Assembly: GCF_001194135.2 (NCBI RefSeq)
Contig: NC_068989.1
Span: forward strand, 71,040,384-71,079,558
Source of the DNA: Octopus bimaculoides
Lineage: Eukaryota
Direction: 5' to 3'
DNA length: 39,175 nt
In this document: piece by piece, positions 11,598 to 23,219 of the stretch
Layout: every line of letters starts with the position of its first letter
Numbering within the stretch: the first letter of the stretch is position 1
The notes under the pieces: model-generated
Told to the model about the DNA's origin: nothing
The model's database searches: none
Seen by the model: only the letters and a program-made list of their open reading frames with translations
Made by a program: the position numbers and the translations under genes

Positions 11598-11809
11598 GAA
11601 GGCTGTACAGTTATAACAATCGAACCTTTAGGTGAAAGTAGGATGGAGAAGAACAATATATCTAGGACTACTCCATCCAATGTACCCTTTACTGGTTTTT
11701 TTTCCAGTATTCAAGTGGTATGTAACTGGTATTTGTAACAATCAAATCTGCCACATAGGGGTGTCTTCAGCAGTTGATGTCAGCTAACATCTCATATATT
11801 TAGGTGTTT

Positions 11810-12030
11810 CTGTGTTTGCTCGACCCACCCCCTCCCTACACCGCTTGACAACCGGTGTTGATTTGCTTACGACTTAGCGGTTCGGCAAAACAGACTGATA
11901 CTATAAGTACTAGACTAAAAAAGAAAATCTACCTGGGTCGATTTTTTTCGATTGAAACCTTTCAAGACGGTGCCCCAGCATGGCCGCAGTTTCATGACCG
12001 AAACGAGTAGATAAAAAAATAAAAAAATAC
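11810..12030 (+). mobile_element. Family D SINE, 3' half
   Basis: ccgcttgacaaccggtg...cggttcggcaaaa...ggtgccccagcatggccgcag. Confidence 0.75.
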
Positions 12031-12629
12031 ATGAGTCACATTCTGGGACTGAAATGAAATTGCTTAATCATGTTAATTAAGAAATTTAGAGACGCCGCTG
12101 GACGGAACCTTCTTACTGCCATTACACTGTGATACATATCGCTCTCCAACGTTAAAAGAGTAAAAACAACATATAGAAAAAATCTACACACTATATCTAC
12201 GACTGTGTGTGTTCCTACAAATATATATATATATATATAAATACAAAGATTAGTGGGTTAACGAGTGGCGGGTGGGTCGTCTTTAGTTTGCAAAATGCTC
12301 TCCCTAGGGTATTTTCCCTGTCAGTCATAATGTGTGTTCCCGCGTTTCATTTATGATAGATCGGGTAACTAAACACAACAAAACGGCGGGAAGTAGCGAT
12401 AAATCTGTCATATAAATTCAATTGCATTTTTTATTTGGCTGTTGTTATTGTTTAGCCCCAGGGCAGGACCTTTCCAGTACACCTCTATTCAACGGCGTTC
12501 CTACCATAAATGTCCTGCATTTTTTTTTGTTTTCAGCTGACTCCGTGTATCTAAGACTGCATTATCTAATGTCTCTTACATTTTTATTTTCCAACAAAAG
12601 CAAAAATAATTTTTAAAAATCAGTGTAAC

Positions 12630-12783
12630 AGTCGTGGCTGAATGGTTGAGAAACTTGCATCGCAACCTTGTGGTCTTGGGTTCATCCACACTGAGTGGCA
12701 CCTTGGGCAAATGTCCTCTACAATGGCTCTTGACCGGTTAAAACCTTGTGAGTAGATTTTGGGCAGAAACTGAGAGAAGCTCG

Positions 12784-12856
<73 letters not shown>

Positions 12857-13050
12857 CGTGTTTGCGTTTGTCCCGATCCACCGCTTGACAACCGGTGTGG
12901 GTTTGTTCACGTCATCGTAACTTAACGGTTTGGCGATAGAATAAATACAAGGTTTAATGAATAAGTACTGGTGTCGATTTGTTCAGTTAAACCCTGCAAG
13001 GCGGTGCCCCAATATGGCTGCAATCCAATGCCTGAACCAAGTAAAAGATA
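12630..13050 (+). mobile_element. Family D SINE, diverged, with internal (GT)n
   Basis: Head gtggctgaatggttgagaa...ggttcatcc; ccttgggcaaatg; aaccttgtgagtagatt; 3' ggcggtgccccaatatggc. Confidence 0.8.
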
Positions 13051-13537
13051 AATAGATAAACAATGTGATTTGAGGGTGATTTGGTTGCTATTTCTAACAT
13101 TTCGATCGGCCACTTTGAAAAAGGGCCCCGCACTGTGTCGTGTTGGTGTTACTGTTATTGTTATAGCAGTTTTTGTTTTCAAGCATCATTGGAACCTGCC
13201 GAATGAAAACATATTCTCGTTTTACATTTTTATCCTCGGCGCCATCATTAAATCTTTTTCTTGCCTAATAAGTGAGCTTCATTGAAAGGAAACCCTGCCA
13301 GGAGGACCAACAAAGACTATATTATGATGAACTGCGTTCTCAGTTTTCCTCGTCGTTTCTTTTCCTTATACTATTTCCATGTCTATATTTAGAATATATT
13401 CCGGAAACAGGCAGGGGTTTAGTCTATAAGTTATTAAAGTACCTTGATTAGCTAGGGCGGGCCACCAGCCCCGTTCACTTTATGGTTAATGAAATCGGTA
13501 TATGTCTGATATATATTTCTGTGCGTATGTGCATATA

Positions 13538-13581
<44 letters not shown>

Positions 13582-13939
13582 CACATATCTACACATATAT
13601 TTATATATATATATATATATATATAAACCACATATACGCACACATATACATATGTGTTCAATAAAAGACGTTCACTTAGCAGGAAGTAGGTGTGGAACCG
13701 GATGACTACCTATGTCGTAAAAGAGAAAGAGAAAAATAGAAAGTGGTAGGAAGAAAAAAGACAGAAAAAGATAATAAGAAAGATAGATAAATAGAGAAAG
13801 CTGCAGAGAGAGAGAAGGGGAGACCGAAAGAGTGAGAAAGAGATTGTAAGAAGAACTACTAAAATGTTGCTGCATGTGGAATTTATTGATATTCTCTGAG
13901 AAACTATAGGTTTTGATTGGTATCTTGAGGAGGTCGTCC

Positions 13940-14213
13940 ATAATTTCATCATCATCATCAACCACTGGACATAACTGTCTAGGATCCCTAGGGTCGGTTA
14001 CTCGGTTTCCGTGGCATGTAACTGACCGATATCATCACATAATCTCATGGACGGGACGCCAGTCCGTCGCAGAGTTACTCATTTTTGTCAGTCGAGTGGA
14101 CTAGAGCAACGTAAAATGAAGTGTTTTGCTCCAGAAAACAACGCATAACCCGGTCCAGGAATCGAAACCGCAATCGCAAGATGATACACGCACCACCTTA
14201 ATCAATAGACCAC
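13940..14213 (-). mobile_element. tRNA-derived SINE (family V) with (GAT)n tail
   Basis: Minus strand gtggtctattgattaaggtgg...tttcgattcc...ctgcgacggactggcgtcccgtcc; the tail appears as (CAT)n on the plus strand. Confidence 0.7.
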
Positions 14214-14442
14214 GAATATAATATCGCGTTCAAAAAATTTGTAAAGATAATTACTAGAATAGAATGTTTTTAATAACATTTTATGACGAATTTAAAAAAA
14301 AAGTCAAAGAGGGATTATTAACATCCATAGATTTAATTTCACCTTGAATATAATATACCGTCCAAATCTTTATTGAGATAATTCATATTGCTTTTAAATT
14401 TTGGCACGAGGACAACAAATTCAGAAGAGGGGCTTCTCAATT

Positions 14443-14838
14443 AAATCCTTTCTACTCTAGGCACGAGGCCTGCAATTTTGGGGTTGGTGAGGGGTAGGGG
14501 TTAGTCGATTGTATCGATCCCCAGTACTCAACTGGTACGTAATTTATCGACCTCGAAAGGATGAAAGTAAAGTAGAGCTCGGCAAAATTTGAACTCAGAA
14601 CGTAGCGGCGGGCGAAATACCGCTAAGCATTTTGCCCGGCGTACTAACGATTCTGCCAGCTCGCCGCCTTGCTTATCAATTAAATTGCCCCGTGTTCAAC
14701 TGGTACTTATTTTATCGACCTCGAAAGAATGAAAGGCAAAGTCGATTTCAACGGAATTGAACTCAAATCGTAAAGAAGGACGAAATGCCGCGAAACATTT
14801 TGCCTGGTGTGCTAACGATTCTGCTAGCTCACCACCTT
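14443..14838 (-). mobile_element. Two tandem family M SINEs (about 14443-14670 and 14685-14838)
   Basis: Two heads (ctgccagctcgccgcctt; ctgctagctcaccacctt) and two Meta-like bodies. Confidence 0.8.
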
Positions 14839-15865
14839 AGCAATAGATAACATTAGTAAACTTTTTAATAAGAATATGCTTTTAACTTTTAAATGCGTTT
14901 TAAATTAAGTCTTTCAACGAATATTGGATTAAATAATTTTTTTTAGTTTTATCGTTTAATCAATGAGAGATGTCCAACGTCTATCTCCACCATTTTTTAT
15001 TTTTTATTTCAGGGTTCCTAGATTTGGTAAGAGAAAATAAAAAGTAAGTTCTATCATGTGATCAGAGATATGGACTGAATTCTTACGATGGTTTAAGTGG
15101 AGTAAAATTACCTGAAAATCGGGTTAAACTGTGCAACAAATTTCCGTTATTAAACACAGATCTAAAAATGTAAAGAACCGGAAAAAAATACCGAAAGGAA
15201 TACATGTCCGAGACACTGACACCAGTTAGCTGCCACCGATTGATATTTTATTTTATCAATACCGTCAGCAGGATTTGAAATCAGAGAGCCGGAGCAGATA
15301 CTGCAAAACACTTTATTCCACTTTGTAACGAATCTCCCGGGTCACCGTCAGTTACAGAAAAAAGAAAAGTATTGTTAAAATGCTTGATAAGATTATAATT
15401 TTTCAGGCTATGAAATTTAATCTTTAGTTAGGAATATTATTTTAATATTTACTTAACTGATTAAATATTGAGCGCCTACCGAGACGCTTTGTGGAATATA
15501 TTCCAGTTCCCTGTGCTCTGAGTTCAAATTTTGAGTAATTCAAAATTACCTTTCATCCTTTCGGGGCCGATACAAAAAGTATCAGTGCATTGCAGTGGCT
15601 TTACGGAATTGGTAGAGCATCGAACGAAATGTTTTGTGGTATTTATTCCAGCTCTTTACGTTCTGCGTTCTTTTGTGGTAGACTTCATCCGTCGCCCGGT
15701 TTAAGTTTAACATCATCACATGATCCCTGAGTGCCTTTATGGAAGTTCACACTTTTTCAAGCATTCGGGTGAGATTTTCAGTTTGAGGATAACTTCTTCC
15801 CTTCGCCCCTTACCTGTTCAAGATCAGGAAAACTCAGAGAACCATGGATGGTGATATTCCTTCTG

Positions 15866-16213
15866 AGGGTAAAGGGTAAAGACCGCCTTTGGTCATGAAT
15901 GACCGTTGGATAACACCTAGAAATTTACCCTCCCAAGCACAAGTCCGGGCAAGGTTGTTTATGGATGACCAGCAGTCGTCCATGTAAACCAGCCTCCCCT
16001 CTCCAGCCCACTGATGTTACCCAAGGGCAAGGCAAAGGCCGATATAGCTTTGCACCGATGACGTCTCAATTCATTTCTACAGGTGAGTCAACTGCAGCAA
16101 TGTGAAATAAAGTGTCTTGCTCAAGAACACAACACGCAGCCTGGTCCGGGAATCGAACTCAATGCTTCATGATTGTGAGCCCGACGCTCTAACTACTGAG
16201 CCATGCGCCTTCA
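15866..16213 (-). mobile_element. tRNA-derived SINE (family R), second copy
   Basis: Collinear with 10021-10366 over its whole length, with the same aaagggt tail repeats. Confidence 0.85.
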
Positions 16214-16269
16214 CAACTAAAAAAGAAAAAAATTAAATACCATCGTGTTTTGGGGCTTTATCTGTCTCT

Positions 16270-16560
16270 CAGTTGTCGGACTGGCATGACGGTTCTTGCA
16301 TTCATAATTGAAAGGGATCAGCTGAGAAGTAGATATGAGCGGAAGTCAATCTTTGGGCTGCAGGATTAACCCTCACTTTGTCTCAGATTTTGCCTACGGT
16401 CCTTCTCCTATCGCACATTCCAAATTGTATTTTACACGAGTAGTCGTAATTTCGGTATTGTATATATTTTAATTTTCTCTTGCCTCGCTTAGTACTTTTC
16501 TTCCTCATAAAGAGTATCACTCGAAACGTCAGATTCTCTTCCCTTTTAGTTTGGTGTATT
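16270..16560 (+). mobile_element. Probable decayed PLE 3' end (GIY-YIG C-terminus plus degenerate HHR)
   Basis: Translation GMTVLAFIIERDQLRSRYERKSIFGLQD*P resembles the PLE endonuclease tail (MTVLGL...R...E..LIF.L.T..P). Downstream is CTCATAA-a-gagt-atc-actc-GAAAC-GTC at 16504-16530. Confidence 0.5.
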
Positions 16561-16979
16561 TATCTTCATTGTACATTTCTTCGATTTTTGTTTTTCAGCT
16601 TTATATTGCTAAACTTTTTCAGTCATACGCTTTCGATGGTTTGATTTTTTAAATCTTCTTTTACTTGTTTCAATCATTGGAATGTGGCTATGCAGAGGCA
16701 TTTTTCTTTGTCCTATAACCTTGCCTATTTTATTTGTGTAATCTTTTATCTATTTTCTCTCTAACCAACCATCCGTCAACTATCTATCTATCTATCTAGC
16801 TAGCTAGCTAGCTAAGCTGTCTGTGTGTCTGTCTACCTAGCTCTTACTCTTTCTCTCTCTCTTTCTGTGTGTGTGTGTGTGTGTGTATACGAAATTAATT
16901 TGTGTAAAAATCAATAAGAGTACTCCATCTAATGAGAGTCTAATATTAATATAAATCCTTCATACTACATGCATTATAT

Positions 16980-17023
16980 GTGCTACTAATAATTTCACGT
17001 ACATAAGTACGTTCATCAGGCGC
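16980..17023 (-). ncRNA. Minimal hammerhead ribozyme, family B, left copy
   Basis: Minus strand gcgc-CTGATGA-acgtac-ttat-gtacgt-GAAA-ttatta-GTA-gcac; 6-bp stem II, stem I with one mismatch. Confidence 0.65.
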
Positions 17024-17098
17024 TTTCGTATGACTTTCGTATCGCTTCACACCTGTCCGCTATTGAAAAGTAAACCTCTTCGTTAAATAGTTCAATTA

Positions 17099-17144
17099 GC
17101 GCTCCTGATGAACGTACTTATGTACGCGAAACTATTAGTAGTGC
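17099..17144 (+). ncRNA. Minimal hammerhead ribozyme, family B, right copy
   Basis: gcgctc-CTGATGA(17105-17111)-acgtac-ttat-gtacgc-GAAAC-tatta-GTA-gtgc; near-palindromic stem III (actattagt); stem I disturbed by a 2-nt insertion. Confidence 0.6.
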
Positions 17145-17198
17145 AAATAATGCATGTAGAATGAAACATTTATAATAATATATATATATATATATATA

Positions 17199-17594
17199 AG
17201 TGATATCTATCATTATATATAATTTAAACATTAAATTTCTTCTTTCATTTCACATTCACTAACTATATATGTTTCTAAGTCTATATAGTTTTATTTAATA
17301 TACATATAGTTGTATACTTCTCATTTATTTGATTTTCTCTCTCTATAAGCTACCTTTAACCTTATATCCTCAAACGTTTTTTTGAAACAAACTAATTAGC
17401 GTTCAGTTAATCACTATACGTATCCATCATTTTCTGTTAAAATGTCTTATTGATGAGTTTCATTTCTTCATTTCCCTGAAGAGAAGATTTCGTTGTTTTA
17501 CACCATTTTATTCCGTTGGAATAATACCAGTGATATCTTCGAAACATGTGTCGGAAGTAAAAGAATTTGAATAACACCTGCATTTAACTCCATT
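17199..17594 (+). mobile_element. Non-coding PLE pseudo-LTR-like element carrying the family C HHR, embedded in (TA)n
   Basis: AT-rich ~400-bp segment with HHR near its 3' end, flanked by (TA)n on both sides (17178-17198 and 17595-17613). Confidence 0.5.
17471..17557 (+). ncRNA. Type I hammerhead ribozyme, family C, complete core with long stem II loop
   Basis: Stem I tttcc (17471-75) with ggaag (17553-57); CUGAAGA 17476-82; stem II gaagat (17483-88) with atcttc (17535-40) enclosing 46 nt; GAAAC-ATGT-GUC (17541-52) containing the palindrome ACAUGU. Confidence 0.75.
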
Positions 17595-17925
17595 TATATA
17601 TATATATATATATNNNNNNNNNNNNNNNNNNNNNNNNNNNNNNNNNNNNNNNNNNNNNNNNNNNNNNNNNNNNNNNNNNNNNNNNNNNNNNNNNNNNNNN
17701 NNNNNNNNNNNNNNNNNNNNNNNNNNNNNNNNNNNNNNNNNNNNNNNNNNNNNNNNTATATATATAGTTATACATACCTACATACACACATGTATATATA
17801 CACAGAAAGAGAAGAGAGCGTGAGAAAGGAAAAAAAAAAAACACGTAGACCAATGGATTGATGGGTTAAGATATAGATAAACTAAAATAATATAATAGAT
17901 AAATAATATAAAAAAATATGTTATA

Positions 17926-18140
17926 TGGCAGCGAACTGTCAGAATCGTTAACACGCCGGGCAAAATGCTTAGCTGCATTTCGTCCGTCATTGCACTCTGA
18001 GTTCAAATTCCTCTGGGGTCGACTTTTCCTTTCATTCTTTCGGGGTCGATAAAATAAGTAGTGGCTGAGCTCTGGGGCCGATGTAACCGTCATACCCGCT
18101 TCCCCGGACTTGCTGGCCTTGTGCCAGAATTTGAAGCCAA
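17926..18140 (+). mobile_element. Family M SINE followed by a (GAT)n/(GAC)n tract
   Basis: ggcagcgaactgtcagaatcgttaacacgccggg...gagttcaaattcc...gtcgacttttcctttcattctttcggggtc. Confidence 0.8.
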
Positions 18141-18154
18141 TATAACGAAATACT

Positions 18155-18320
18155 ATGATGATGATGATGACGACGACGACGATAATGATGATGATGATAA
18201 TGATGATGATGATGATGATGATGATGATAAGGATGATGATGGTGATGATCCTCATCACCAGTCTCAACTGCAGTAGTAGCAACTACAGCAGCAGTAGCAG
18301 CAGTAGCAGCAGCAACAATG
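18155..18320. repeat. (GAT/GAC)n followed by (AGC/AGT)n trinucleotide tract
   Basis: Direct reading. Confidence 0.9.
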
Positions 18321-19464
18321 TTAACGATAACCATCAGTACCAGCGACTGCACATCGACTAACGTTTAATGGCAGTCTTCTATTGCCTGGCTATTTATCTA
18401 GGCAATCAACCACATAAACGGTCACCTACTCGTTGGTGATTGCTACATTGAATTAGATACGATGCTGATGTACTTAAAAACAATGCTCTAATTGAGTTAA
18501 ACTCGTTTTACACAGGATTCTTGACAAAATGCAATTTGTAGTCTAAAATTATACTCATTCAAATTATTTCTCTCTCTCTTTCTCTCCCTCTTTCTTTTCG
18601 TTTTGTGCACATCCGTATGCAAACACATGCACACACGCAGTAATATGCACATATGTTCTCAAATATATAGAATAACTAGTTATTACTGCAGTTGAATTTT
18701 ATTGCTGGTCAAATTATGGCAAATTTAATAATTGATCAGTTATGAAAAGAATCGTCTCCATAATAGCTGCGTTTCGCGATAGTTAATGCTTCTTGTATGG
18801 TAAAATCGTTAAAACGATAATTATTAATTTTGGAGGAAACATATGCTGTAGTATACACACACTCACATATATATCATATATTAGGATTTTACATGTACGC
18901 ATACATTGCATGTATTCTCATATACGTAAACGTAATACAGGCAGGCACTTCGCACGCACGCGTACATATATATATATACATATATATATANNNNNNNNNN
19001 NNNNNNNNNNNNNNNNNNNNNNNNNNNNNNNNNNNNNNNNNNNNNNNNNNNNNNNNNNNNNNNNNNNNNNNNNNNNNNNNNNNNNNNNNNNNNNNNNNNN
19101 NNNNNNNNNNNNNNNNNNNNNNNNNNNNNNNNNNNNNNNNNNNNNNNNNNNNNNNNNNNNNNNNNNNNNNNNNNNNNNNNNNNNNNNNNNNNNNNNNNNN
19201 NNNNNNNNNNNNNNNNNNNNNNNNNNNNNNNNNNNNNNNNNNNNNNNNNNNNNNNNNNNNNNNNNNNNNNNNNNNNNNNNNNNNNNNNNNNNNNNNNNNN
19301 NNNNNNNNNNNNNNNNNNNNNNNNNNNNCATATATACAGAAATACATACATACATACATACATACATATACACACAAACATACAAAAATACGTACATACA
19401 TGCATGCACATGCATACATACATGCATACACATGCATACACATGCCGTGACATATACATCCTAA

Positions 19465-20200
19465 TCAATAGAGATGTAAGGGAATTATCAACAAGTTTAC
19501 TGAACAAAATACCGACCCCTGAAACAAACATACATTGCACTAAAGGACCACGAAATAAGATTCTTAGCGGACAACCAGGTGTATATAGGTCATCCTGCCG
19601 AAATGTGAGTTAAGCAAAGAAGTTAAATAATCCTAGATTATACAAAGTCTAAAATTAGACGAGTAACAAAGGTAATACAATGGAACAACGGTACATCCGT
19701 TATCAATTGTTTCGGCGACATGTAAAACAAAATCTCGTTGAAATTTATTCTGTCCAGTATTGTAGGAGTCTACTCGTTGTCTAAAAAAAGAAATCACTCC
19801 TAGTAAATGTATTTGCTTTTAAAATATTAAGCAATTGATGAGCATTTATCATGTATTCGAAAATTTTCTCTTATTCGACTATAATTGATATTGGATGAAA
19901 ATTGGCGAACAGCTTTTTGATGTAAGTATGGGTGCCAACATGGAGCAAATGAAAGAAAACTAGCAGAGCTATACATGCTAGAAAAAAGTAAGCAAAGTGT
20001 GTATATTCGTCGGAACAAAACAGCGCAGAGACAATGACTTAGCAATCTCTCAAAATGTGAACGGACACGAATTACCCAAATCAACTACCCATTGTAAAGT
20101 GTAAAGACATAATACTAGATTTAAACATGGGAAAACGTTGTCCTTAAAGAAAACCGAATGAATTTCCGGTATGTATAAACAAATATTCCAGCCAAATCTA
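19465..20200 (+). mobile_element. Decayed Penelope-like retroelement reverse transcriptase fragment
   Basis: Manual translation across stops and frameshifts: YIALKDHEIRF; IILDYTKSKIRRVTKVIQWNNGTSVINCF; KFILSSIVGVY; LFDVSMGA..GA...LAELYML; RRDNDLAISQNVNGHEL; KDIILDLNMGKRCP*RKPNEFPVCINK. These match recalled PLE RT motifs (ITLKDHK, QW.NT..VI.WF, FDI..FYPSI, FDVTMGS.DGAE.CELVG, YRDDGL, LDVTL.L..G...PYRKPN..P.YIN) in the correct order. Confidence 0.8.
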
Positions 20201-21499
20201 CTTACGTCTGAGAATAGCTTTTATCCTTCAAATTCTACACACCACAATCCCTTACGTAATTTTTTAATATTCTTAAGATGGTGATTTTGTTTTCCATATA
20301 TGTAAATGCTTTCCTAAATAAACCTGCACTTCATTTTTTAATCTGCTAAGAAGCTATAAGGTGATGCACAAGCACTCATTTCTGAGTTCACTGCATCTTA
20401 TAGCAGAAACTGCTGTAAGCTAATGAAGTTCATTGCACAATTTCCTGTCCCTTTGTCATTTATCTAATTCCATACTACGCGCTGTACTAGATAAACGCTT
20501 TATATATNNNNNNNNNNNNNNNNNNNNNNNNNNNNNNNNNNNNNNNNNNNNNNNNNNNNNNNNNNNNNNNNNNNNNNNNNNNNNNNNNNNNNNNNNNNNN
20601 NNNNNNNNNNNNNNNNNNNNNNNNNNNNNNNNNNNNNNNNNNNNNNNNNNNNNNNNNNNNNNNNNNNNNNNNNNNNNNNNNNNNNNNNNNNNNNNNNNNN
20701 NNNNNNNNNNNNNNNNNNNNNNNNNNNNNNNNNNNNNNNNNNNNNNNNNNNNNNNNNNNNNNNNNNNNNNNNNNNNNNNNNNNNNNNNNNNNNNNNNNNN
20801 NNNNNNNNNNNNNNNNNNNNNNNNNNNNNNNNNNNNNNNNNNNNNNNNNNNNNNNNNNNNNNNNNNNNNNNNNNNNNNNNNNNNNNNNNNNNNNNNNNNN
20901 NNNNNNNNNNNNNNNNNNNNNNNNNNNNNNNNNNNNNNNNNNNNNNNNNNNNNNNNNNNNNNNNNNNNNNNNNNNNNNNNNNNNNNNNNNNNNNNNNNNN
21001 NNNNNNNNNNNNNNNNNNNNNNNNNNNNNNNNNNNNNNNNNNNNNNNNNNNNNNNNNNNNNNNNNNNNNNNNNNNNNNNNNNNNNNNNNNNNNNNNNNNN
21101 NNNNNNNNNNNNNNNNNNNNNNNNNNNNNNNNNNNNNNNNNNNNNNNNNNNNNNNNNNNNNNNNNNNNNNNNNNNNNNNNNNNNNNNNNNNNNNNNNNNN
21201 NNNNNNNNNNNNNNNNNNNNNNNNNNNNNNNNNNNNNNNNNNNNNNNNNNNNNNNNNNNNNNNNNNNNNNNNNNNNNNNNNNNNNNNNNNNNNNNNNNNN
21301 NNNNNNNNNNNNNNNNNNNNNNNNNNNNNNNNNNNNNNNNNNNNNNNNNNNNNNNNNNNNNNNNNNNNNNNNNNNNNNNNNNNNNNNNNNNNNNNNNNNN
21401 NNNNNNNNNNNNNNNNNNNNNNNNNNNNNNNNNNNNNNNNNNNNNNNNNNNNNNNNNTGTGTGTGTGTGTGTGTGTGTGTTTGTTTGTTGTGTGTGTTA

Positions 21500-22285
21500 A
21501 TATGTTAAAGCAATAGAAACGAAGTTAAAAACCAGAAAACCAGAAAAAAAGAACAGAAATTATCTGACTGGCAGGAGAAGGCGTTGCATGGTAGATTCCC
21601 AAAAATAGTTGCAGCAATTAGTAATAGTGAGACATGGTTATGGTTGCAGAAAGGAAATCTGAAAAGGGAGACAGGGAGACAGAGATTTTGTTAGTAGCAG
21701 CACAGGATCAAGTATTAAGGATAAAAGCCAAGATAAAAGCCAGGATAGACAAAAACCAAGTAGATTCCCAAGTTGATGTAGCTTGCTGGCACAGAAGGAA
21801 TACAAGGAAAGACATGACAACCTAGGGAGAGTAATCAACTGGGAATTATGTAGAAAGCTAGGATTTGACCATACTGATAAATGGTATGAACATGGATCTA
21901 GTAAAGTACTAGAAAGTAAGAAATACAAGATGTAATAGAAGCTACAAGGCCTGATTTAGTAGTAGTAGATTATGAGAGTAGAAAATGCTAGATAATTGAC
22001 TTTACAGTCCCAAATGATGAAAAAAGTCAATATGAAAAGTATAGACAAAATGGCAAAGCACCAGGAGCTAGCCATTGAATTACAGAGACTACGCAAAGTG
22101 CAGGGAAAATGTATTCCAGTAGTTATAGGTGCATTGGGAACTATCCCTAAATATCTGAACAGTGTTATTAGGGACAGCTAGGATACTTTAAAAGGGTTCT
22201 TGGCATCTAAGGTTACTTGTAGCCCGATGTTAGGATTTTTTTTTCCAACAGTCTAATCTGTTGTGTGTATATGAAAATAATAATT
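21500..22285 (+). mobile_element. R4/Dong-clade non-LTR retrotransposon, 3' fragment (restriction-like endonuclease region), decayed
   Basis: WQEKALHGRF..TWLWLQKGNLKRET..VAAQDQ; CSLLAQKEYKERHDNLGRVINWELC..KWYEH; RPDLVVVD..IIDFTVPND..K..ELQRL..PVVIGALGTIPK. Ends in gaaaataataat. The 5' part is lost in the N-gap. Confidence 0.88.
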
Positions 22286-22295
22286 ATTATTTCTT

Positions 22296-22521
22296 TATTG
22301 CACACAAAGAGCTAAACAAAGAGGGGACAAACGAGGACAGACAAAGGGATTAAGTCGATTACATCGACCCCAGTGCGTAATTGGTACTTATTTAATCGAC
22401 CTCGAAAGGATGAAAGGCAAAGTCGACCTCGGCAAAATTTGAACTCAGAACGTAACGGCAGACGAAATACCGCTAAACATTTCGCCCGGCGTACAAACGA
22501 TTCTGCAAGCTCGCCGCCTTC
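22296..22521 (-). mobile_element. Family M SINE abutting the R4/Dong 3' end
   Basis: Same subtype as the first unit of the 2424-3061 trimer (tttgtcccctct in the tail). Confidence 0.8.
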
Positions 22522-23058
22522 GAAAATAATAATAACAATAATTAGAACAGGGGGGAAATTTTAACATGCAAATGAGCTATTTTCCCCCACCACATCCCTA
22601 ATGTCCATTAATCCATTAATAACGTTTAATAATAACGAATCGAATTAAAATCGAAAACATGACAAAAATATTGAAGTAATATTTGTAAAAGTTATTGACC
22701 TTTTACCACATATAATTTAATGTATCGCAAATATTGTTATTTTCTGAAAGCAATACTAAACAAACCAACAAAAATCATGCGCAATGGTAGCACAAGAACT
22801 ATTCAAACCACCAACATACACAAGAAAAGACACAAAAAAAACACATAAAATTGTAAAATTCATTCGAAGATTAACAGAAGAATACGTACTTTGAATTTGA
22901 TGCATAATTTCGTTCAACATAATCACCAGACAGGGGAAAACTGCCTGTCTTTTGTGGGGCGCAGAGTGACGACGAGGTGATTCTTTGATAGCTGCATCCA
23001 TCCTACACAATACTTGTTCAACAAGGCTCCGCAATCCAGCAATATTCGAGCTCTGAAC

Positions 23059-23219
23059 TTCGTCTGTGTTTACGTTCTGAATTCAAATTCTGCCGAAGTC
23101 GACTTTGCCTTTCATCCTTTCGGAATCGACAAATTAAGTACCAGTTGCTTACTGGGGTCGATCGAATCGACTGGCCCCCTCCCCGCAAATTTTCGGGCTT
23201 TGTGCCTAGAGTAGAAAAG
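23059..23219 (+). mobile_element. 5'-truncated family M SINE with perfect 18-bp TSD
   Basis: aatattcgagctctgaac at 23041-23058 and 23220-23237. Confidence 0.9.

Larger units (their letters stand above)
16943..17181. mobile_element. Inverted pair of ~82-bp PLE pseudo-LTR-like segments, each carrying an HHR
   Basis: 16943-17024 is the reverse complement of 17098-17181 (a few substitutions), with a 73-bp spacer; the right arm runs into (TA)n. Confidence 0.65.

Noticed and set aside
19404-19613. GVYRSSC in this ORF as a GIY-YIG motif
   Set aside because: A different frame gives a much better match to PLE RT (YIALKDH...), so the motif is coincidental.
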